In this document: positions 45,540-54,128 of the stretch, piece by piece | How positions within the stretch are numbered: position 1 is the first letter of the stretch | Layout of the letters: the number at the start of each line of letters is the position of its first letter | Source of the DNA: Dehalococcoidia bacterium | GTDB taxonomy: Bacteria > Chloroflexota > Dehalococcoidia > Bin125 | Assembly: GCA_965215375.1 (NCBI GenBank) | Contig: CBDCDO010000001.1 | Span: 146,736-210,735 of the forward strand | Reading direction: 5' to 3' | Length of the DNA stretch: 64,000 bases | Position numbers and translations under genes: made by a program | Notes under the pieces: model-generated | The model's input: only the letters and a program-made list of their open reading frames with translations | Told to the model about the DNA's origin: nothing | Database searches by the model: none

Positions 45540-47474
45540 GTGGAGCACTCACTGGACTTCAGTCCGCTTCTGTTGGTCAGTTTGCTTGCAGTGGTGGTTC
45601 CGTTCGTTGCCTGGCGGCTGACCGGTGGGTTGGTGCCGGCGGTGATCGGCGAAGTCTTGGTTGGGATCATCTTTGGCGAGCCGCTGCTGGGCATCATCAC
45701 GCACCAGAATGAGTGGCTGAACTTCCTCGGGCTGTTCGGATTCGCGTACCTGATGTTCCTGTCGGGGTTGGAGATCAACCTCAGCTTGCTCGGTCAGTCG
45801 CCTGGTCGACAGTGGTACATGCCACAAGTGGCGCTCCGCCACCCGATGATCTCAGGATCCGTGCTCCTGATTCTGACCGTCGTCTTCACATATGTGGGTC
45901 TGTACATGATGGAGTCGGTCGGGCTGATCACGACCGGTCAGATTCCGATGCTGCTGTTCATCCTGATCGCAACCGCGGTGGGCGTGATGGTGCCGGTGCT
46001 GAAAGACCGTCCCGACTTGGGTCGGATCGGGCAGTGTCTCTTGGTCGGCGGGTTCCTGCTGGAGTTCTTGGCGATCGTCGGCGTTGGCGTGGTCGCTGCG
46101 CTCGAGCGCGAAGGGATTAGCTGGAGAATCTTCCTGATTCTCTCGGTTCCTGCCGCACTGGTGCTGATGGTCTGGTTGTCGAGAGTGGGCAGTGTGCAGG
46201 TTCCGATCATTCCTCGGACCATGCACGAGCTCTCGCAGACTTCCTCGCAGCTCAAGATTCGGGTCACGCTCGCCTTGTTGGTGATTTTCGTGGCGCTCGC
46301 ACAGGTGGCAGGCACCGAGATGGTGCTCGGGGCATTCGTCGCTGGCCTCGCCGTGACGGTCGTCTCGCCCCGACACGGCTCATCGCTCCGAGGCAAACTA
46401 GACGCTCTCGGCTACGGATTCTTCGTCCCGATCTTCTTCATTCATGCCGGTGCGACGCTCAATCTGGGAGGCGTATTCGACTCGGCGGACTCGCTGATTC
46501 TCGTTCCCGCCCTGCTGTTGGTCGCATTCGGGGCCAAGCTCTTGCCGTCGCTGCTGAGCCTCGCTCCAGCCTGGGGACTGAAGCCGGCTCTGGCGGGTGG
46601 ATCGCTGCTCAGTGCCAATCTGTCACTCGTTTTGGCGGCCGGCGCGATCGCGGAGGATTTGGGAATCATCGACGACGGCCTGCACGGCGCCCTGTTGCTG
46701 ATGGCGCTGGTGACGACGGTGGCCGCGCCGCTGATGTTCTCCACCATCGCCGGTCGTGCGCCAGAGCGTGAGGACGGACACACCCTCATTGTCGGAGGCG
46801 GTTCTCTCGCCCAAACGCTCGTGGAACGATTGATGGCGGCTGGACGCCGGGTGATCGTGCTCGATCGCGATCCGAATGCCATCACACGGTGGGGACAGCT
46901 CGGCGTGGAAGGCGTGAGCGGTGACCCGCTTGATGCCTTAGCGCTCATCCGGGTGAGGCTGCTGCAGACCGATGTCGCGGTGATCGTCGACGATGAGCGC
47001 ACAGAAGAGGTCGCCGACTACGCCCGCTCGATGCGCCGCATTCATCCGACGCTGCGAGTGGTGACCTGGGTTTCGGAGCAAGACATGGAGCTTGAGCAGC
47101 TCGGTGTGGAGACCTACTCGCTCGCCGATGTCACGGCGCTCGCGCTGGAAGAGGCCATCCTGCGACCGGCACTGCACGCAGCGCGGAGCGACCCTGAGTC
47201 GGGCCTGGTTGAGGTGTCGATGCTCAATCCCGACTGGGACGGACACGTCCTGAGCGACATCGATTTCGAGGGCGACGTGCGGGTGCTCGTGGTCATGCGG
47301 GAAGGCGAACCGAATGTCGCCTCCGGCGACACCGCAGTGTTCCTCCACGATCGCTTGACGCTCGCTGGCGAACCCGCGGCGGTGGCACAGATGAGTAGTC
47401 GGTTCCAGCAACGCGACCGTCAGCGCTGGCTGATCGATGTGCGGACTGGGACGAGGTTCGACGGGAACGTGTAG
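45540..47474 (+). CDS. cation:proton antiporter (CPA2/Kef-like) with C-terminal TrkA-N/TrkA-C domains
   Basis: About 12 TM segments followed by the Rossmann-like LIVGGGSLAQTL and an RCK C-terminal domain. Confidence 0.85.
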   Translation: MEHSLDFSPLLLVSLLAVVVPFVAWRLTGGLVPAVIGEVLVGIIFGEPLLGIITHQNEWLNFLGLFGFAYLMFLSGLEINLSLLGQSPGRQWYMPQVALRHPMISGSVLLILTVVFTYVGLYMMESVGLITTGQIPMLLFILIATAVGVMVPVLKDRPDLGRIGQCLLVGGFLLEFLAIVGVGVVAALEREGISWRIFLILSVPAALVLMVWLSRVGSVQVPIIPRTMHELSQTSSQLKIRVTLALLVIFVALAQVAGTEMVLGAFVAGLAVTVVSPRHGSSLRGKLDALGYGFFVPIFFIHAGATLNLGGVFDSADSLILVPALLLVAFGAKLLPSLLSLAPAWGLKPALAGGSLLSANLSLVLAAGAIAEDLGIIDDGLHGALLLMALVTTVAAPLMFSTIAGRAPEREDGHTLIVGGGSLAQTLVERLMAAGRRVIVLDRDPNAITRWGQLGVEGVSGDPLDALALIRVRLLQTDVAVIVDDERTEEVADYARSMRRIHPTLRVVTWVSEQDMELEQLGVETYSLADVTALALEEAILRPALHAARSDPESGLVEVSMLNPDWDGHVLSDIDFEGDVRVLVVMREGEPNVASGDTAVFLHDRLTLAGEPAAVAQMSSRFQQRDRQRWLIDVRTGTRFDGNV

Positions 47475-47515
47475 GCGGCTGGGCAGGGAAGGTCGAAGCG
47501 AGTGGCTGGGAGGAG

Positions 47516-48358
47516 CTAGGCGGAGCGAATCGTTGCTTGCTCAGAGCCGATGCCTGCGAGGTGTCCAAGGTAGATCGGAACCAGCGGGAGCACGCACGGA
47601 CTGATAAAGCTGACGAATCCGCCGGCAAACGCGAGCGCTGCTGAGCCGGCGTTGAGGTCGAGCATCTCGGTCGATGAGCCGTCGCCGCCCGCGATGACGT
47701 CCACGCCGATACTTCCGAGCGCCTCGTTCAGCACGACGACGCGGTCAAGCGCGATCAGCATGCCGACAAAGACAAGCAACACGCCTGAAACGACGCCAAT
47801 CACCGGCATCCAGCGATTGAGCTTGCGCAGGAACTTGGTCGACGCGCCGAATGTCGCGCCGACCAGGAGGAATGGAATTCCGAGACCGGCTGCGTAGCAG
47901 ATGAGCAGGATGATCGCCTGGAAGAGCGAAGCGGAATCGAGCGCCAGCACGAGGATGCCAGCCAGGATCGGTCCGACGCATGGCGTCCAACCGACCGAGA
48001 ATGCAACACCGACGACGACCGAGCGTCCGTAGTCGGCGATTGCGCGCGCTCGCGAGGCATCGCCGACGGGGGCTGCCGAGGCAGACGGTCCGCCGGGTCC
48101 TCCGACCTGGAAGCTGCGATAGAGCAGGGGAATAGTGATCACCTCGGCGAGGTGGAGCCCCAGGACAACGAGCATGACGCCGGCGACTCGCTGGAACCAG
48201 ATCAGCTCGTCCTGGAATGCGGAACCCAGCGCGCCGAGCAGGGCTCCCAAGGCGACGAAGACCACGCTGAACCCGAGCACAAACGAAGCGGCGTGGAAAA
48301 ACACGACGCGTCGTGCCGTATCGGAACCACTTCCAACCGTGCCAGTTGCGATCGCCAT
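47516..48358 (-). CDS. ccdA: CcdA/DsbD-family thiol-disulfide transporter, apparently circularly permuted
   Basis: Contains both signature Cys helices, but the usual TM1 motif (FVSFISPCVLPLVPIYLGHLAG) is at the extreme C-terminus and GWTPCVGPIL is central. There is an in-frame TAG 4 codons upstream of the ATG. Confidence 0.75.
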   Translation of the reverse strand: MAIATGTVGSGSDTARRVVFFHAASFVLGFSVVFVALGALLGALGSAFQDELIWFQRVAGVMLVVLGLHLAEVITIPLLYRSFQVGGPGGPSASAAPVGDASRARAIADYGRSVVVGVAFSVGWTPCVGPILAGILVLALDSASLFQAIILLICYAAGLGIPFLLVGATFGASTKFLRKLNRWMPVIGVVSGVLLVFVGMLIALDRVVVLNEALGSIGVDVIAGGDGSSTEMLDLNAGSAALAFAGGFVSFISPCVLPLVPIYLGHLAGIGSEQATIRSA

Positions 48359-48419
48359 ATGCGTAGTCTACATCAGTTGTTGCCGATGGTTCAGTACTTG
48401 TCCCACTCTCGAGAGGCGA

Positions 48420-49298
48420 TCAGCCCGAAACACCGGCGTCTTCTTCGGCCGAGAGCAGGGTGGCCAAGACGGACTTCGTGTCGTGTCCGCGATTCTTGGC
48501 GCGGTTGAGCATATCGCTGGCGGCCGACGCGAGCGGCGACGGAATGCCCTGCTCGAGGGCGACCTGTACGGCCAAAGAGACATCCTTGGCAGCCCACTTG
48601 AGGTAGAAGGGGGGATCGTCGAAGTCGCGTTGGAGGAGGGTCGGCATGTTGCGGACGTAGTTCTGGGCGGAGGCGACGCTCATCACTTCGTAAGCGCGCT
48701 CGGGATCGAGGCCCGAGGCTTCAGCGATCACCGTGGCCTCGATCAGAACCTGTGAGGAGGTGATCCCGACCATATTGTTGATGATCTTGGTCAGCGCGCC
48801 CATGCCCAGCTCGCCCATGTGAAAGACGTTGCTGCCGATACATTCCAGGACCGGCTTGTACTTCTCGAAGGCTGCTTCGTCGCCGCCGACCATGACGGCA
48901 AGCGTCGCGTCGATGGCACCCTGGACACCGTTTGAGACTGGTGAGTCGAGGAATGTCACGCCATGTTCGGCCGCGCGCTCGGCGAGGATCTTCACGGTCG
49001 TGGGAAGGTTGGTGGAGAGGTCGAAGCAGACGAGCCCGGGCTCGGCGCCCTCGAGGATGCCGCTCGCGCCGCGCAGCACGGCCGTGACTTCAGGCGGTCC
49101 GGGGAGAGACGTGAGGACGACCTCCGACTGAGCGGCGACCTCGGCAGGAGTATCCGCCCAGATGGCACCGAGCTCGATCAGGTTGGCAGCGTGTTCTTCG
49201 ACGAGGTCGTTCACGACGACTCGGTGCCCGCCCTTGATCACGTTTGCGCACATCGGATTGCCGATGTTTCCTACTCCGATGAATCCAACGTCTGACAT
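48420..49298 (-). CDS. NAD(P)-dependent beta-hydroxyacid dehydrogenase (3-hydroxyisobutyrate dehydrogenase family)
   Basis: GFIGVGNIGNPM Rossmann motif and overall family pattern. Confidence 0.85.
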   Translation of the reverse strand: MSDVGFIGVGNIGNPMCANVIKGGHRVVVNDLVEEHAANLIELGAIWADTPAEVAAQSEVVLTSLPGPPEVTAVLRGASGILEGAEPGLVCFDLSTNLPTTVKILAERAAEHGVTFLDSPVSNGVQGAIDATLAVMVGGDEAAFEKYKPVLECIGSNVFHMGELGMGALTKIINNMVGITSSQVLIEATVIAEASGLDPERAYEVMSVASAQNYVRNMPTLLQRDFDDPPFYLKWAAKDVSLAVQVALEQGIPSPLASAASDMLNRAKNRGHDTKSVLATLLSAEEDAGVSG

Positions 49299-49337
49299 GG
49301 CGAGTTGTTCCTTCCTGTTCGTGTCGGTTCGTGGGCG

Positions 49338-49778
49338 TTATCGCTCGTCGATCAAAGGATCAGCGAAATGTCGATTGCGATAGTGGCGATCATCGGGCAT
49401 GGGCAAGTCCGAGGGAAGCGTTCGATCCGCCTCATCGAGGAGTCGGATCAGCTCGGTGATTGCCTCAAGCCGCAGCTCTAGGTCGTCGAGCTGAAGTCGA
49501 TCCTCGTAGAAGTTCTGGTGTGTCTCGTTGGCAACCGCATACAACACCGCGATTGTCGGATTCTGGGCCTGTCTGGACAAATGTCTGATGATCGAGTAGC
49601 CGTCGGTGTGGCTCGTGTTCGGCCAGCCGCGAGCGGCGGCGATTGTCTTGCCTTGGTGAGCTGCGGCGCCCCAGATTTTCTCCGATGCCTGGATACGGTC
49701 GCCTTGGGCGAGCATCTCTGCGGCATGATCGAGGAGTCGCTGACTATGGACTGCATGGGTTTCGATTGGTGTGGTCAT
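49338..49778 (-). CDS. PaREP1/HEPN-like small helical protein, array copy 1 (most downstream)
   Basis: 146-147 aa. SEKIWGAAAHQ, RGWPNTSH (R-x6-H), THQNFYED and the PMPDDRHYRNRH tail. The ATG at 49778 shares its A with the stop of copy 2. Confidence 0.7.
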   Translation of the reverse strand: MTTPIETHAVHSQRLLDHAAEMLAQGDRIQASEKIWGAAAHQGKTIAAARGWPNTSHTDGYSIIRHLSRQAQNPTIAVLYAVANETHQNFYEDRLQLDDLELRLEAITELIRLLDEADRTLPSDLPMPDDRHYRNRHFADPLIDER

Positions 49779-50206
49779 CAAACAGCCTCACCTGCGTGTC
49801 GGCGGCGATAGTGACGATCGTCGGGCATGGGTAAGTCCGAGGGGAGGGCGCGGTCAGCCTCGTCGAGGAGTCGGATCAGCTCGGTGATTCGTTCGAGGCG
49901 AGCTTCAAGCTCCTCGATCTGCAGGCGATCTTCGTAAGAGTTCTGATGTGTGTCGCTTGCGACGGCGTAGAGGTCCGCGATCAGCCGAGTGCCGGTCTGT
50001 CTAGACAGGTAGCCAACAATCGAGAATCCATCGGCGTGGCTGGCATTGGGCCAGCCGCGGGAGGCGGCGATTGCTTTGACCTGGTGAGCGGCTGCGCCCC
50101 AGATTTTCTCCGATGCCTGAATGCGGTCGCCTTGGGCGAGCATCTCTGCGGCATGATCGAGCAATCGCTGTCTGTGGACCGCATGGGTCTCGATTGGTGC
50201 GGTCAT
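49778..50206 (-). CDS. PaREP1/HEPN-like small helical protein, array copy 2
   Basis: Same motifs (RGWPNASH, THQNSYED). TGATG junctions on both sides. Confidence 0.7.
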   Translation of the reverse strand: MTAPIETHAVHRQRLLDHAAEMLAQGDRIQASEKIWGAAAHQVKAIAASRGWPNASHADGFSIVGYLSRQTGTRLIADLYAVASDTHQNSYEDRLQIEELEARLERITELIRLLDEADRALPSDLPMPDDRHYRRRHAGEAV

Positions 50207-50634
50207 CAAACAGCCTCACCTGCGTGTCGGCGGCGATAGTGACGATCGTCGGGCATGGGTAAGTCCGAGGGGAGGGCGCGGTCGGCCTCGTCCAAGAGCG
50301 CGATGAGTTGGGTGATTGCCTCGAATCGTTCCTGCAGATCATCGAGCAGAAGGCGGTCCTCGTAGAAGTTCTGGTGAGTCTCATTGGCGATGGCATAGAG
50401 CTCCCAGATGCGAGCGTTGCCGGTAAGCCTCCGAATGTACCTCACGATCGAGTAGCCGTCAGTGTGGCTGGTATTGGGCCAGCCGCGAGCGGCGGCGATC
50501 GCTTTGACTTGGTGAGCGGCCGCACCCCAGATTTTCTCGGATGCTTGGATGCGGTCGCCTTGGGCGAGCATCTCTGCGGCGTGATCGAGTAGTCGCTGGC
50601 TGTGGACCGCATGGGTCTCGATTGGTGTGGTCAT
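50206..50634 (-). CDS. PaREP1/HEPN-like small helical protein, array copy 3
   Basis: Same motifs. TGATG junctions on both sides. Confidence 0.7.
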   Translation of the reverse strand: MTTPIETHAVHSQRLLDHAAEMLAQGDRIQASEKIWGAAAHQVKAIAAARGWPNTSHTDGYSIVRYIRRLTGNARIWELYAIANETHQNFYEDRLLLDDLQERFEAITQLIALLDEADRALPSDLPMPDDRHYRRRHAGEAV

Positions 50635-51062
50635 CAATCAATCTCACTTGCGTGTCGGCGACGGTAGTGGCGATCGTCGGGCATCGGCAGATCCTTCGGC
50701 AGTGCCCGATCTGCAGCATCTAGGAGCTCGATCAGCTCAGTGATGGCTTCGAGACGCGTTTCTAGCATGTCGAGAGTGAGTTGATCCTCGTAGAAGTTCT
50801 GGTGAGTCTCGTTCGCCAATCCGAAGAGTATGTCGATATCTCGGTTCCCGATGTGTCTTGTAATGTGATGCACGATCGAGTAGCCGTCAGTGTGGCTCGT
50901 GTTGGGCCAACCGCGGGAGGTGGCGATTGCCTTGACCTGGTGAGCGGCCGCACCCCAGATTTTCTCCGATGCCTGGATACGGTCGCCTTGGGCGAGCATC
51001 TCTGCGGCGTGATCGAGTAATCGCTGACTATGGACCGCATGGGTCTCGATTGGTGTGGTCAT
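50634..51062 (-). CDS. PaREP1/HEPN-like small helical protein, array copy 4
   Basis: Same motifs. TGATG junctions on both sides. Confidence 0.7.
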   Translation of the reverse strand: MTTPIETHAVHSQRLLDHAAEMLAQGDRIQASEKIWGAAAHQVKAIATSRGWPNTSHTDGYSIVHHITRHIGNRDIDILFGLANETHQNFYEDQLTLDMLETRLEAITELIELLDAADRALPKDLPMPDDRHYRRRHASEID

Positions 51063-51490
51063 CAATCAATCTCACTTGCGTGTCGGCGGCGGTAGTGGCG
51101 ATCGTCGGGCATAGACAAGTCCGAGGGAAGCGTTCGATCTGCCTCGTCGAGGAGACGGATCAGCTCGGTGATTGCGGCAAGCCGATCCTGCAGTATGTCG
51201 ATGCTCAATCGGTCTTCGTAGAAGTTCTGATGTGTGTCGCTGGCCAGTCCGAATAAGTCGCCAACTTGTCGATTTCCAATATGGCGCGATATGTGCTGGA
51301 CGATTGAGAAGCCGTCGGTGTGGCTCGTGTTGGGCCAACCGCGAGCGGCGGCGATCGCTTTGACTTGGTGAGCGGCTGCGCCCCAGATTTTCTCCGATGC
51401 CTGGATACGGTCGCCTTGGGCGAGCATCTCTGCGGCATGATCGAGTAGTCGCTGGCTGTGGACCGCGTGGGTCTCGATTGGTGTGGTCAT
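51062..51490 (-). CDS. PaREP1/HEPN-like small helical protein, array copy 5 (first in transcription order)
   Basis: Same motifs. A GAGG lies about 10 nt upstream of the start. Confidence 0.7.
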   Translation of the reverse strand: MTTPIETHAVHSQRLLDHAAEMLAQGDRIQASEKIWGAAAHQVKAIAAARGWPNTSHTDGFSIVQHISRHIGNRQVGDLFGLASDTHQNFYEDRLSIDILQDRLAAITELIRLLDEADRTLPSDLSMPDDRHYRRRHASEID

Positions 51491-51576
51491 CAATCAGCCT
51501 CATTCGACTCGAGCGGTCTGAAACCTACGATAGGCGATATCAGAGATCGCTCGGATGCAGGACTATCCTCTCTTTC

Positions 51577-52776
51577 GTGACATCTGAACATGAAGAGTCC
51601 CAGTCTGGCGCCCTGAGCGGCTTGCGCGTGATTTCGTTGTCGGAGACATCGTCCGGCGCCTATTGCGGTCGATTGTTGGCCGGACTCGGTGCTTCGGTGA
51701 CGATGGTGGAGTCCGCCGATGGCTCTCCGTTGAGGCGCAGAGGGCCATTTCGTGATGACGTTCCGGACGTCGAGGGCGGCGCGACGCATTTGCATCTCGA
51801 TCGTGGCAAACGCTCGATCAGGCTGAATCTGGCCACCGTCGCTGGGCGACGACTGCTCGATGCGCTGTTGGCTGAGGTTGATGTGCTGATCGTCGATGTG
51901 GATCGTCGACGCTGGAGTGAGGTCGGGCTAGATGCGGAGGTGATTCGTCAACGACATCCGAGCCTGTTGTTCTGCGCGATCACTCCGTATGGAATGTCGG
52001 GTCCGAAATCGGACTGGCTCGGATCGGAGCTGACGCTCTATGCCGCTGGCGGCTACCTGCGAATCGGTGGAGAGCCCGACCGAGAGCCAGTCAAGGCCTG
52101 GGGCGAGCAGGGACACTTGCAGGCAGGTCTCCATGCAGCATTGGGGATTGTCTCGGCGTACTTCGCCGGCGATGGCCAGCAGGTGGACGCTGCCGTCTTT
52201 GAGGCGTTGGCGTTCCTGCTGGGTGGCGGCTACCAGCATGCGTGGTTCTCCGATACAGAGCCCGTGCGCAACGGCGCTCGACTTGTGGGCTTTGGTCCTG
52301 GTCACTTGTATCCCTCGACGATTCGTCCATGTCTCGATGGCTGGGTGCATGCGCACTGCAACAATCGATATCCCGAGGCGATGGCGGTGTTGTTCGAGCA
52401 GCCGCGGTTAGCCGCGCCAGATCTGTTGTCCACGCTGATGGGACACGCCGATGAAGTCGATGAATTGATGGCTCCTGTGCTCTCAGCGACACCTCGGCGT
52501 GAGGTGGTCAAGCGCGCACAGGAGCTGCGGATTCCGTTCACCGAGGTGCTCGCGCCATCGGAGGTGATGGCGGACGCGGATGGACACCATGCCTCGCGCG
52601 ACTTCTGGCAGCGCACGCCGCATCCACGCGGAGGGATGTACCAAGCGCCAGGACCGGCGGTCCGCTTTGGCTCGACCGCGTGGACGGACGACTCGGCTCC
52701 AACGTTAGGTCAGGACAACGAACGACTCGGCACGCGTGAAGAATTGGTCCGCTGGAGGCGCGCCGGTGTTGCCTGA
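51577..52776 (+). CDS. CaiB/BaiF-family CoA-transferase
   Basis: LSGLRVISLSETSSGAYCGRLLAGLGASV N-terminal motif. The start is uncertain (GTG 51577 is the first plausible in-frame start outside the divergent array). Confidence 0.8.
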   Translation: MTSEHEESQSGALSGLRVISLSETSSGAYCGRLLAGLGASVTMVESADGSPLRRRGPFRDDVPDVEGGATHLHLDRGKRSIRLNLATVAGRRLLDALLAEVDVLIVDVDRRRWSEVGLDAEVIRQRHPSLLFCAITPYGMSGPKSDWLGSELTLYAAGGYLRIGGEPDREPVKAWGEQGHLQAGLHAALGIVSAYFAGDGQQVDAAVFEALAFLLGGGYQHAWFSDTEPVRNGARLVGFGPGHLYPSTIRPCLDGWVHAHCNNRYPEAMAVLFEQPRLAAPDLLSTLMGHADEVDELMAPVLSATPRREVVKRAQELRIPFTEVLAPSEVMADADGHHASRDFWQRTPHPRGGMYQAPGPAVRFGSTAWTDDSAPTLGQDNERLGTREELVRWRRAGVA

Positions 52777-54052
52777 GCCCAACCTCACTGAGTATCAGGA
52801 TTCGCCCCGACGGCCGCTGTCGGGAGTGCGTGTGTTGGACCTCACCACGGCAGTTGCCGGGCCGGTCGCGGCGCTGTTGCTCGGAGCGCTCGGCGCGGAG
52901 GTGTTGCGAATCGAGACCCCCTGGGCGCGACCCAGGCATCCGGCGTCGGCGCTTCCCAATCAGGGCGTTGGCCCTGATGAGCCTTGGAATCGGGAAGCGC
53001 GATTGAACGAGTTGGCCAATAGCAAGCGGTCGGTCGCGCTCAATCTCACCACTGAAGCGGGCCGAGATGTGTTCCTCGACCTGGTCGAGCGCTCTGACGT
53101 TGTGCTCGAGAACTTCTCACCGCGGGTGATGGGAAACTTCAATCTCGAGTGGGATGTCCTGCATCGCCGCAATCCAGAGATCATCTACGTCGCGATGCCT
53201 GCGTTCGGCAAGTCGGGTCCGTGGCGCGATCGGATCTCCTACGGGCCAGGCATCGATGCGATGAGCGGGCTGTCGTGGTTGACGGGCTATGCCGATGGCT
53301 CGCCGCTCAAACCTGGCAACTTCTATTGCGACCAGAACGCTGGGTTGCACGCCGCGTTGGCGACAATCGCTGCGCTCGTCGCTCGCAATCGCGTCGGCGG
53401 CCAGAGCGTCGAGCTGGCCATGCTGGAAGGTGAGCTTCAGCTCATCGGCGACGCGATGGTAGGCCAACAGTTGTCCGGTCGTGAGCCGACACGAATCGGC
53501 AATGAGCACTCCTCGGCCGCCCCGCATGGTGTCTATCCCGCAACCCCGATGCTCGGCGATCCCGATTCCTGGATTGCGATCGCGTGTCGGAACGATCAGG
53601 AGTGGGCCGGGCTGCTCAGTGTTTGGGGCGAGCAGTCGGTCGCTCAGGATCGGCGATTCGCCACAGGACTGCGACGCTGGCGACATCGAGCAGAGCTCGA
53701 TGAGCGGATGCAGGATTGGACATCGGGTTGCGATCCCGTGGACCTTGCCGAGCGACTGCAGGCCGCTGGGGTGCCGGCGTCGCCCGTGATGGGCGCCCGC
53801 TCGCTCTTGCGAGACGAGCAGGTATTGTCGCGGCAGTCGGTCGGTGGGCTGATGCATCCACAGGTTGGCTTGTCGCCGGCACCGCAAGCGGCATTCCGCC
53901 TGTCCGACACGCCGGCGCCGCCGAAGAATGCTGCGCCGTTGTTCGGCGTTGATACGGTGCCCGTAATGGGTGAGATATTGGGATACTCCGAGGAACGCAT
54001 TACCGAGATACTGGAATCGGGCGCGGCCAGTGATTCTCTACGCGAGCGCTGA
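52736..54052 (+). CDS. CaiB/BaiF-family CoA-transferase (second copy)
   Basis: LSGVRVLDLTTAVAGPVAALLLGALGAEV. The start is uncertain because it overlaps the previous gene by about 40 nt. Confidence 0.8.
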   Translation: MKNWSAGGAPVLPEPNLTEYQDSPRRPLSGVRVLDLTTAVAGPVAALLLGALGAEVLRIETPWARPRHPASALPNQGVGPDEPWNREARLNELANSKRSVALNLTTEAGRDVFLDLVERSDVVLENFSPRVMGNFNLEWDVLHRRNPEIIYVAMPAFGKSGPWRDRISYGPGIDAMSGLSWLTGYADGSPLKPGNFYCDQNAGLHAALATIAALVARNRVGGQSVELAMLEGELQLIGDAMVGQQLSGREPTRIGNEHSSAAPHGVYPATPMLGDPDSWIAIACRNDQEWAGLLSVWGEQSVAQDRRFATGLRRWRHRAELDERMQDWTSGCDPVDLAERLQAAGVPASPVMGARSLLRDEQVLSRQSVGGLMHPQVGLSPAPQAAFRLSDTPAPPKNAAPLFGVDTVPVMGEILGYSEERITEILESGAASDSLRER

Positions 54053-54109
54053 TGCGTCGCGCCAGTGCATCTACTGATGCGTCGCGCCAGTGCATCTACT
54101 GATGCGTCG
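54050..54109. repeat. 25-bp tandem direct repeat, 2.4 copies
   Basis: The unit tgatgcgtcgcgccagtgcatctac occurs at 54050..54074 and 54075..54099, with a partial copy at 54100..54109. The first unit contains the CoA-transferase stop codon. Confidence 0.85.
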
Positions 54110-54128
54110 ACCGAAAAGTGAGGTGAGC

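Noticed and set aside
49338-51493. The strict 428-nt periodicity could suggest a repeat array of non-coding type (CRISPR-like or satellite).
   Set aside because: The period is far too long for CRISPR. Each unit is a complete ORF with start/stop coupling, and variation follows codon structure. It is a tandem gene array.
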